From positions 64,001 through 128,000 of IMG/VR virus record IMGVR_UViG_2758568729_000001: 64,000 nt of DNA; one strand, given 5' to 3'. Positions 56,691 to 64,000 of this stretch are shown piece after piece. The notes beneath the pieces were generated by a model. The model saw only the letters and a list, made by a program, of their open reading frames with translations. It was not told where the DNA came from and searched no databases. Position 1 is the first letter of the stretch. Each line of letters starts with the position of its first letter. The stretch is from a virus (Duplodnaviria; Caudoviricetes). Both the position numbers and the translations under genes were made by a program.

Positions 56691-57058
56691 GTGGTGGGTT
56701 CCTTTCGGTTTGGCGACCCATAGAGATAGGCGCGGGCGACCCACAGCACCGCCCGGTAGTTCCGCTCGATCCAGTCCGCGTCCACCCGGTACTCGGTGTC
56801 CTCGATTCGATCCGCCTCTTCCTCAAGCAGTTCGGCGACAGTCGTAGCGGCGGCCGGGTGCCAAGCCGCACAGTGGGCGCCCATCGGCCCGCCGAGGTAG
56901 TTGTTCACCAACCCGCCCCACTCGTCCTTCGGGACCGGCGGGATGGTGTTGTCGCCGTACGGGCGGCGGGCTTCGTCGGTGTTCGCGGCCTGCGCCCGTT
57001 CGGTCATCAGCCGGGCGGCGCTGCGCAGGATCTCGGCGTACTCCTCTGTCACGCTCAC
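56687..57058 (-). CDS. hypothetical protein
   Basis: LRSAARLM...AAWHP...VAELL...VARAYL motif. Confidence 0.6.
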   Translation of the reverse strand: MSVTEEYAEILRSAARLMTERAQAANTDEARRPYGDNTIPPVPKDEWGGLVNNYLGGPMGAHCAAWHPAAATTVAELLEEEADRIEDTEYRVDADWIERNYRAVLWVARAYLYGSPNRKEPTT

Positions 57059-58161
57059 AGAGCACCCGTCCCGTCGAGCGCCCGCGCGATCTGTTGCGCC
57101 TCGGCGGTGTTCAGGTCGGCGTACGCGACGTCAGCGACGGTGAGCCGGATCGGCCGGTCCGGGTCGCCCGCCTGCCGCTCCGTCGGCCTGGTGACCCGGA
57201 CGCCCCGGACGGCGACATCGGCGGGCGCCGGACTACCGGTGGCCCCGTCGGCGCCGAGCACAGCCCATGCCGCCTGGTGGCTCGCGTCGTGGGCCGGTTC
57301 CGGGTCGGCGCTGCGGTCGTGTTCGATCGCCCGGCCCGGTTCGGCGGTGCGCCAGTCCGGCCACGTCCGTCCCTCGTTACGGATCTGCTTCGCGATGATC
57401 GCGTCGATGATCGCCTGTTCCCCGTGGCCCGCTCGCCACGCCCCGTCGAGGGCGAGGATGACGACGTCGACCCACTCGCCGAGGTCTTCGGGGTCGGCCT
57501 CGATCTCGCGCAACTCCTTGCGAATGTGATCAAGTACCCCATGGGTACGAGAACCGGGGCCGAAGGTCCGCTCCGAGAACTCACGCTGGCGAGTGAGGTG
57601 CGCGGCGTCGATAACGGCACCGGTGCCCTCGGCCAGCGCCCGGTACGCCTCTACCGCCCGCTCCCGCGACACCCGGGCCAGCTTCGCGTTCTGGCGTTCG
57701 TTCTCCCGCCGGTACGCCAACCAGCCCACGAAGGTGCCGATGGCGGGCGCGGCCCCCTCGTACGCGGCACCGAGCTTGTCGGCGTGGGCTTCCCACTCCT
57801 CCGGCGGCAAGTCCAGGCCAAGCTGTTCGCGAAGGTTGTCCCGGTCGGCGGTGACCCGGTTCAACTCCGCCTGGAGCCGGACGTTCTCCCGGTTGACGCG
57901 CACCAACCCACGGGACAGCTCGCGGGCGCGGGCGTTCGCCCCACCCACGTCGGTCGGTTCAACCTCGTCCGGGTCAGGGGACATGGCGAGGTCGGCGGCC
58001 CGGATGGCGTCTTCGGCGAGCCGGTAGTACGCCTCGGCCGGCATGAGCGCCGCGTCCTCGGCGTACTGCTCGCCGCGGTCGTCGGGCCAGTCGAGCACGC
58101 GTAGGGCGGCAACAACCCGGTGTTCGGCCACGGGCGGCAAGTCGGTGGGCTGGTCAGGCAT
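57055..58161 (-). CDS. DUF550 dATP/dGTP pyrophosphohydrolase-domain protein
   Basis: RQREFSERTFGPG...DHIRKELREI...EWVDVVILALDG...KQ.RN..R.WPDW...AIEH. Confidence 0.85.
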   Translation of the reverse strand: MPDQPTDLPPVAEHRVVAALRVLDWPDDRGEQYAEDAALMPAEAYYRLAEDAIRAADLAMSPDPDEVEPTDVGGANARARELSRGLVRVNRENVRLQAELNRVTADRDNLREQLGLDLPPEEWEAHADKLGAAYEGAAPAIGTFVGWLAYRRENERQNAKLARVSRERAVEAYRALAEGTGAVIDAAHLTRQREFSERTFGPGSRTHGVLDHIRKELREIEADPEDLGEWVDVVILALDGAWRAGHGEQAIIDAIIAKQIRNEGRTWPDWRTAEPGRAIEHDRSADPEPAHDASHQAAWAVLGADGATGSPAPADVAVRGVRVTRPTERQAGDPDRPIRLTVADVAYADLNTAEAQQIARALDGTGAL

Positions 58162-58468
58162 TGGTTCCTCCAGTGGGTGTCGTACGGGAGTCGCAGCGGA
58201 CGCAGACCCGCCCGCCGGCGAGGTGGTCAAGAGGGCTGGCCTGGCGGTGCACGATCTGCCCGCACAGGGCGCGGACCCCGTACCGGACCTCACCGGCCAC
58301 AAGGTGCAGGGTCCGGCCGGCGTCCGTGACCGCGTAGGTCCACTCCGCCGATGGGCACTGCTGGTTGGGGTGCCCGCACGGTTCCGGTAGCTCAACCGGG
58401 GTGCCGGACGGCGACCGGACCCAGGAAAGGAAGTCCCGGGCCGCCCACACCTCGCACACGTCCATCAC
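58154..58468 (-). CDS. Cys-containing hypothetical protein
   Basis: LH...ALCG...CVRC motif. Confidence 0.5.
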   Translation of the reverse strand: MMDVCEVWAARDFLSWVRSPSGTPVELPEPCGHPNQQCPSAEWTYAVTDAGRTLHLVAGEVRYGVRALCGQIVHRQASPLDHLAGGRVCVRCDSRTTPTGGTNA

Positions 58469-59829
58469 ACGATCGCCAAATCAGCGAACCGGGCCAGGTG
58501 CAACTGAGCAGCCACGGTCACCGTGTCGGTAGGCCCGTTCCTGTGCTTAGCCACTATGAAATCCGCTTCACCGGCGCGAGCGGATTCCTTGTCGTAGTAG
58601 TCGTCCCGGTGGAGCAGGATCACCACGTCAGCGTCCTGTTCGAGACTGCCCGACTCGCGAAGATCGCTCAGTTGTGGGCGCTTATCAGCCCGCTGCTCGG
58701 GGCCGCGGTTCAACTGGCAGACCGCGATGACCGGACAGCCCACCTCCTTCGCAAGAAGCTTCAACCCACGAGACAGGTCGGAAACCTCCTGCTGCCGGGA
58801 CTCGGTCCGCTGCGGCGACGACACGAGTTGGAGGTAGTCCACGACGATCATTCGCAGGTCGTGGCGCTGCTTCAACCGGCGGGCCTTCGACCGGATCTCC
58901 ATCAGCGACGTCGCGGCGGTGTCGTCCACGAACAGCGGCGCCTCGGCGATGTCGCCCATGCACCGGGCCAGCTTCGTCCAGTCGTCGTCGGAGAGCTGCC
59001 CGTTGCGGAGTACATGGAGCGGCACCCGTGATTCGGCGGACAACAACCGGGTGATGATCTCGACCTTGGACATTTCGAGAGAGAAGATCCCGACCGTTTG
59101 CTTCGCCCGGATCGCAGCGTTCCGGGCGAAGTCGAGAGCGGCCGTCGATTTTCCGAGTCCGGGCCTGCCGGCGACAATGATGAGCTGACCAGGGTGGAAC
59201 CCATTCAGCAACCGGTCTAGGTCAATGAACCCGGTCGGCACCCCGGTCTGCAACGCGTCCTTGCTGCCAGCGGCTTCAATGTCGTCCAGCGTCGGTTGCA
59301 GCATCTCCGCCAGCGAGGCGAAATCGTCGTTGCCCTGACGGCCGGTGATGTCGTACACCGTCTGCTGGGCGAGGTCGACCATGTCGCCGAGGGTCTTCCC
59401 CGGCACACGGGTGGCGCTGTATCCGAGTTGGGTGATCCGGATTCCGGCTTCGATCATCTTCCGCTGGGTCGAGCACTCCGCCATGATCTTGGCGTAGTGG
59501 CCAACGTTCGCTGCACTCGGAACCCCGGCAATCAGGGTGTGTAGGTACGGGGCACCGCCGACCCGGATCAGGTCACCGGACTCGCGCAACGCGTGCGCCA
59601 CGGTCACGGTGTCCGGTGTGCCGCCCTTCCCGTACAGGTTGATGATCGAGTCGAAGATGGTTCCGTGGCGGGGAAAGTAGAAGTCGCCTGATTTGATCAT
59701 CTGGCCGACGGCGTCGATCGCATCCTGTGACAGGAGCATCGCCCCGAGGAGCGCCTGTTCCGCCTCAAGATCGTGCGGCGGGGTCCGGTCGTCCTGCCCC
59801 GCCGCCGGGGTCTCAATGGTGGCGGTCAC
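58465..59829 (-). CDS. dnaB: replicative DNA helicase
   Basis: PPHDLEAEQ, GRPGLGKS, FSLEM, VDYLQL, QLNR, DLRESGSLEQDAD and KHRNGP motifs. Confidence 0.97.
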   Translation of the reverse strand: MTATIETPAAGQDDRTPPHDLEAEQALLGAMLLSQDAIDAVGQMIKSGDFYFPRHGTIFDSIINLYGKGGTPDTVTVAHALRESGDLIRVGGAPYLHTLIAGVPSAANVGHYAKIMAECSTQRKMIEAGIRITQLGYSATRVPGKTLGDMVDLAQQTVYDITGRQGNDDFASLAEMLQPTLDDIEAAGSKDALQTGVPTGFIDLDRLLNGFHPGQLIIVAGRPGLGKSTAALDFARNAAIRAKQTVGIFSLEMSKVEIITRLLSAESRVPLHVLRNGQLSDDDWTKLARCMGDIAEAPLFVDDTAATSLMEIRSKARRLKQRHDLRMIVVDYLQLVSSPQRTESRQQEVSDLSRGLKLLAKEVGCPVIAVCQLNRGPEQRADKRPQLSDLRESGSLEQDADVVILLHRDDYYDKESARAGEADFIVAKHRNGPTDTVTVAAQLHLARFADLAIV

Positions 59830-60281
59830 GGAAGAACCTCGCCCTCAACCTCGTCGCCGGTCGGCCACGCCGGGCCGGGGGTGATCTCACGCAACTGGTC
59901 GAGCGGCGCGGTCTGGCCGGACCGCTGGGCCAGGTGCTTGATCACCATCGCCAGTGCCTCGCGGGCCGCCGCACCACCACGCTCGTTTCGGATCTGCCGG
60001 TCCATGTCGTCGGTCTCGAACCGGCCTGGCAAGGCTCGAACCTCGTGTTGCCCGGTCACCCGCCGCTGGTCGGTCCGGATCTGCCTGACGATCCGACGCA
60101 CGTGGGCGGGCATGATCCGATCGGTGTTCTCCCGGTAGTACAGCGACACCGCGAGCTTGGCGTCCTCGAACTCGATGTCTTCCAGGTCCTGGTGCCAGGC
60201 CAGCACATCGGTGTCACCGATGTGGCGGTAGTCCCTGGTAGCGGCCAAGCCGAGAAGGATGGCGACTTCGGACCGGTTCAT
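59826..60281 (-). CDS. helicase loader/inhibitor-like protein (G39P-like)
   Basis: Between initiator and DnaB; AWH..L...AV...Y....IMPA motif. Confidence 0.6.
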   Translation of the reverse strand: MNRSEVAILLGLAATRDYRHIGDTDVLAWHQDLEDIEFEDAKLAVSLYYRENTDRIMPAHVRRIVRQIRTDQRRVTGQHEVRALPGRFETDDMDRQIRNERGGAAAREALAMVIKHLAQRSGQTAPLDQLREITPGPAWPTGDEVEGEVLP

Positions 60282-61288
60282 GCCGCACCTCGATCAAGTT
60301 CGGCGTACTTCGCGGCGAGCGCCACCGCGTCGGACATGCGGGCATCGGCAGGGGACCGGGAGGGGTTGCTGCCCGCCAGACCACCGGATTGGCGGCCCTG
60401 CCACACCCGATCCGACTGAACCCGCTGCGCCGAAAGCCGATGGAGTTGCATATCGAGGCTCACCCAGCCGCCAACAGCCATCTCCTTCGCCGCCTCAATC
60501 AGCTTCTCGGGCGGAACGTTCTCCTTCTCGATGAGCCGCTTGGCGTCGCGGGAGAATTTCCCGATGGCCCCGCTGGTGGGTGGGTCGCCGCCTGCGTCGG
60601 TGATGGCGTCGATCCACGCGGCGGTGACGTCCCGGGCGGTGACCTTGTCCGGGACAGCGACGTCCGTGCCGGGTGCGGTCGGGAACAGCGCTTCGGCTGT
60701 GGTGGCTTTGGCCGCGGTCCGCTTCGACGGCTTGGTGGTCTTCGGCTCGGCTGTGGTCGCCGGCGGCGGAGAAGAAGGAACTTCCGTAGGAAGTTCGGTC
60801 GGGTCGGGTCGGGTCGGGGGGACCGTGACTGCGGGTGCGACATCGGTGTGACTGTCGGCGTGAGTCACGTCAGCGTCACGCCGTGACGCACCCCCCGCTT
60901 GGGTGTTTTCGCCCTGATTCTGCGTTTTCGCCTTCGCTCGATCCCGCGCCCGCTGCTGCCGGGCCGCCGCCGCAGCGCGCTCCTTGAGAACCTGCTCCCT
61001 GGACGGTTGATGATCGGTCCACTGGTGAAACCGCCATCCCTCCTCGCCGTCACGCGTGACGCGCTCCCACAGACCAGACCGCTCCAACCTCGGGGTCAGG
61101 GCCTCACGGAGGCCCGGGGCGAGGTAGTCGACAACGTCATCAGGGACCCATCCGTCGGTGAGGTCATCCGACGCCCACGACCCAGCCACAGCCCACAGAC
61201 CGATCGCCGCGAGCCCCTCCAGATCGAGGCCGGTACGGATGCGCTTACGGTGCTTGTGGAACCCGTCGTCCATCCGGAACCACGTCAC
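60278..61288 (-). CDS. phage replication initiator protein
   Basis: WFRMDDGF..H.K, A.GLW...SW, TDGWVP, GWRFHQW..HQP and PTRPDPT motifs. Confidence 0.75.
   Translation of the reverse strand: MTWFRMDDGFHKHRKRIRTGLDLEGLAAIGLWAVAGSWASDDLTDGWVPDDVVDYLAPGLREALTPRLERSGLWERVTRDGEEGWRFHQWTDHQPSREQVLKERAAAAARQQRARDRAKAKTQNQGENTQAGGASRRDADVTHADSHTDVAPAVTVPPTRPDPTELPTEVPSSPPPATTAEPKTTKPSKRTAAKATTAEALFPTAPGTDVAVPDKVTARDVTAAWIDAITDAGGDPPTSGAIGKFSRDAKRLIEKENVPPEKLIEAAKEMAVGGWVSLDMQLHRLSAQRVQSDRVWQGRQSGGLAGSNPSRSPADARMSDAVALAAKYAELDRGAA
60778..60890. repeat. putative replication origin inside the initiator gene
   Basis: GAACTTCC/GGAAGTTC palindrome, tandem GGTCG units and clustered GTGAC/GTCAC motifs. Confidence 0.5.
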
Positions 61289-61641
61289 AGGACTCGCGCC
61301 CCCTTCCGGGTGTCGCGGGAACGGGAGACAGCCGGGACCGGTGGCAGGTTCATCGGGCACAGCCAGCACCCGTCACGCCTCGGCTTCGGCTGGTACTTCA
61401 GCGGGGCCCGTGAGTTGAGCCGGGTCAGCCCGGCGGCCCACGCCACCCCGGCGACGACGCACGAGTCCCACGGGTTCAGAGCCGCAGTCTCCGCTCGGCA
61501 CTGCTCCAGCACCGGGCAGTCCGACAGGCAGATGTGCCGGGCCAGCGGGTACAGGCTGCGGGTCGTCCACACATGGCTGTTCCGCTGGCACACGGCGTGC
61601 TGGCGCCACCCGGCGTCAAGGTCAATGGTTGGTGCGGTCAC
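61285..61641 (-). CDS. WhiB-family regulator
   Basis: W...AVC...ARHIC..CPV...C...VVAG. Confidence 0.7.
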   Translation of the reverse strand: MTAPTIDLDAGWRQHAVCQRNSHVWTTRSLYPLARHICLSDCPVLEQCRAETAALNPWDSCVVAGVAWAAGLTRLNSRAPLKYQPKPRRDGCWLCPMNLPPVPAVSRSRDTRKGARVL

Positions 61642-62054
61642 AGTGCGTCTCCGGTGGCGATCGTGGTGATCCGGCGGCGCCGGTACCGGGCGGGAACCCG
61701 AGTCGGGACGGCGTACAGGCGGACCGGGGGAGCGATCGGCCCTTCGACGCGGCACACCTCGCACCCTTCGGTGCGGGTCTGGTGGCGGCGGCGGGCGGTG
61801 TCGGTCCCGCAGGGCAACACATCATTCGGCCCGTACCGGGGGCCGCGAGGGGGAAGGAGTCCGTGGTCGCGGGCGTACGCGACGGCGGCCGGGCCGGAGG
61901 GCACCCGCAGGAGCGCGAACACCCTGCTGAGTTCCTGCGTGACGGCACCGGTGGTGCGGTTGGTTTTGAGGCCGATGGCGGCCCGGGTGAGCCCGTCGGC
62001 GAGGAGGTCGAGCAGGGTGAGTTGGTGGTCGGTGAGTTGCGGAATCTCAGGCAT
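61638..62054 (-). CDS. LuxR-type HTH protein with C-terminal Cys motif
   Basis: LTDHQ...L.LLADGL....IG...; CGT...H....C..C. Confidence 0.7.
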   Translation of the reverse strand: MPEIPQLTDHQLTLLDLLADGLTRAAIGLKTNRTTGAVTQELSRVFALLRVPSGPAAVAYARDHGLLPPRGPRYGPNDVLPCGTDTARRRHQTRTEGCEVCRVEGPIAPPVRLYAVPTRVPARYRRRRITTIATGDAL

Positions 62055-62691
62055 CGTTGGCCGCCTTCCGAGATCCCTTGCGCTTCCGCATCACCGTCAC
62101 CAGGCGGCTAGCGTTCGCGCCGCGCCGGTCGGTACCCCACGGCCGTGACGGCACCTCGCCCTCATGCCAGTAGGACAGGAACCGGCGGCGGGCGTTCGCC
62201 AGGTGGGTGGCGTAGCAGGACAGGTCACCGAGCGCAGCCCGTGCGAGCGCATGGTCATCGAACGCGGCCAGAGCGCCAATGACCTCCCGCTGCCGTTCCG
62301 TAAGGGTGGGGAGAATCTGAGCGAGAGCCAGCCGGTCAACGATGTGGTTCTCCGGCGACGGGGTGACCCGGGTGACGTCGGTCCAGTAGGTGACGAAGTT
62401 CGGGCCTGTGCCGCTTTCGCCCCACCCCTCGTCGTTCCGGTATGCGGCGCCTCGGTAGCTGAGGGTCTTCCGGTTCTCCGTCCACAGCGAGTCCTGCGCG
62501 GCCTGGAACAGCTTGTGCTCCGGGATCCAGTGTTCGGCCTCGTACAGGCGCTCTGCGGCGGCACCGAACGCTTCGGCGTACCGGTCGTCGTAGTCGCCGG
62601 CCATCGCCCGGGTTGTTGCCGCAGCGGACCGGGCGACGCGTTGCAGGTCGGCGAGGGTGTAGCCCCATCGGAGTTCGGTGTCGGTGTTCAT
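62047..62691 (-). CDS. ECF sigma-factor-like protein
   Basis: SPENHIVDR.AL..IL..LTERQREVI region-4-like segment. Confidence 0.55.
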   Translation of the reverse strand: MNTDTELRWGYTLADLQRVARSAAATTRAMAGDYDDRYAEAFGAAAERLYEAEHWIPEHKLFQAAQDSLWTENRKTLSYRGAAYRNDEGWGESGTGPNFVTYWTDVTRVTPSPENHIVDRLALAQILPTLTERQREVIGALAAFDDHALARAALGDLSCYATHLANARRRFLSYWHEGEVPSRPWGTDRRGANASRLVTVMRKRKGSRKAANDA

Positions 62692-63854
62692 GCTGCCTCT
62701 CCGAAGAGGTCGAGTTGCTGGTGCTGGATGACCACCGGAGATGTGGCCGGCATCGGGTTGGTTGGCTGAGCCGGTTCGGTGTGCTCCGTGGCGGCCCAGT
62801 CCCATCCGCTCTGGGTGAAGGACTCACCCGGCAGGTCGGCGAGCTGCGGGTGGTGGTCGTCGTAGACCTGCTTGCTGGTCTTGCCGAGAAGCAGGGAGTC
62901 CGCCACGCCGATCCGGGGGATCAGGTTGCGGGGGATGGTGTCGAGCCGGATCGGCCCGGTGGTGAGCCCACCCCGTTGGGCAAGGTGCGCGGCGTACACG
63001 GTGCACCGCAAGCGAGCGACGGCCGCGGTGAGCGGGTCCAGCTCCACCCCGTCAACCGAGGCGACCACGCGGGTGAGGGCATCACCGGGGGCGGACACGA
63101 TGCCGCCCGTGGCGACCAACCCGGCCTTGGCCTGGCGGGGGCGAAGGGTGCCGGTGGTGTACCACTCCCACAGGTAGTCCATGGCCCGGACCATGAAGTG
63201 CCCGGTGCCGGCGGTCGGGTCGACGGTGCGAATCAGCCGGTCGGCGCGGAAGGCGACGCACGCGGGGACCATCGTCCGGTCGAGGATGAAATCCGCCACC
63301 CACCACGGGGTTTGCGCCAACGCGTGCTCTTTGCGGCGGTCGTCGGTCACGGCCTGAAGCAGGTCCCCGATGATCCAACCGCTGATCGACGGCGGCCCGT
63401 CGATCACCTCGTAGGCGAGGGACGGTGCGTCACCGGCCCACCAATCGACCAGGTCTTGGATCGCTGCATCGGACGGGGTGCCGGCGTGCAGGTCCGGGTT
63501 GTACCGGGGGTGCATGAGCCACTGGGTAGCGGGATGCACGGTCAACCCAGCCATGGCCTGCAACAGTGCGACGCTCGGCGTCGGGTTCGGCATGTACCAG
63601 CCGGGCATTCCCTTCAGCCCGTCACGTAGCCACACGTTAATGAGCCCGTGGTCTTCAGCCCAGGCGGTGACAGCGGACAGGTACACCCACGCCCCGGCGA
63701 TGCGGGTGCGGCGGGCGTGGTCGGTGTATTCGGTGCTGGCGGGCGGGATGGTGCCGGCGAGGCGGTCGACGTGCTTTCGGAGGGCTTTGACGAGCGTGTG
63801 GGTGTATTTGGTGTTGTCCACCGGGTTGCTCGTTGGGTGAGTCTCGGTCGTCAT
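62688..63854 (-). CDS. truncated PglX-like (BREX-2) adenine methyltransferase, N-terminal half
   Basis: AW......WAEDHGLI, GDLLQ...RK.HAL.QTP..V..FILDRT, DPTAGTGHF, GVELDP and ADSLL motifs; no NPPY. Confidence 0.7.
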   Translation of the reverse strand: MTTETHPTSNPVDNTKYTHTLVKALRKHVDRLAGTIPPASTEYTDHARRTRIAGAWVYLSAVTAWAEDHGLINVWLRDGLKGMPGWYMPNPTPSVALLQAMAGLTVHPATQWLMHPRYNPDLHAGTPSDAAIQDLVDWWAGDAPSLAYEVIDGPPSISGWIIGDLLQAVTDDRRKEHALAQTPWWVADFILDRTMVPACVAFRADRLIRTVDPTAGTGHFMVRAMDYLWEWYTTGTLRPRQAKAGLVATGGIVSAPGDALTRVVASVDGVELDPLTAAVARLRCTVYAAHLAQRGGLTTGPIRLDTIPRNLIPRIGVADSLLLGKTSKQVYDDHHPQLADLPGESFTQSGWDWAATEHTEPAQPTNPMPATSPVVIQHQQLDLFGEAA

Positions 63855-64000
63855 GGCAGTCACCTCCGTCGATGTTTTGGTGGGAATGGTGGAGCGCGGC
63901 CCGCCCCGTGCCGGACCGCGCCCCGTCGACCGAATCAGCCGGACTTGCAGGTTTTGTCCAGCCGGCACGCGGCCTCCGCTCCCACCCGCCGCTGTAGCTC

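Larger units (their letters stand above)
12799..64000 (-). mobile_element. temperate siphovirus-type prophage (continues past the right edge)
   Basis: Complete replication, packaging, head, tail and lysis modules on one strand; left boundary inferred from the TROVE break. Confidence 0.9.

Noticed and set aside
1-64000. CRISPR array, DGR/reverse transcriptase, integrase, IS transposase
   Set aside because: No spaced repeats, RT motifs or recombinase/transposase motifs were seen in this window.

Overview
High-GC actinobacterial DNA (Micromonosporaceae-like by gene content; taxonomy is inferred) containing two converging mobile regions. (1) About 12.8-64 kb, minus strand: most of a temperate siphovirus-type prophage in canonical integrated order. 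It runs from a PglX-like gene, sigma-like, LuxR and WhiB regulators, replication initiator, helicase loader and DnaB, through many small early genes, a tRNA-fMet-like gene, terminase, portal, protease/scaffold, capsid, tail and tape measure, to the lysis genes. The integrase/repressor end lies beyond the right edge. The lysis end abuts a 5'-less fragment of a TROVE/Ro60 gene, suggesting integration inside that gene. (2) 1-12.25 kb, plus strand: a separate AICE/phage-like accessory region with a TraB/FtsK-like ATPase, YdjM-like hydrolase, XRE-TPR regulator, secreted S1 protease plus lipoprotein, a frameshifted DUF6879 gene and HTH genes. The most notable observations are: five glycosyltransferases plus a methyltransferase and Ser/Thr-rich fibre genes inserted between capsid and neck genes; a 2H phosphoesterase domain inside the prohead protease/scaffold; a PglX N-terminal half lacking the catalytic NPPY motif; and miniature major-tail-protein homologues in the early region. 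All family calls come from motif recognition by eye; no database searches were run.
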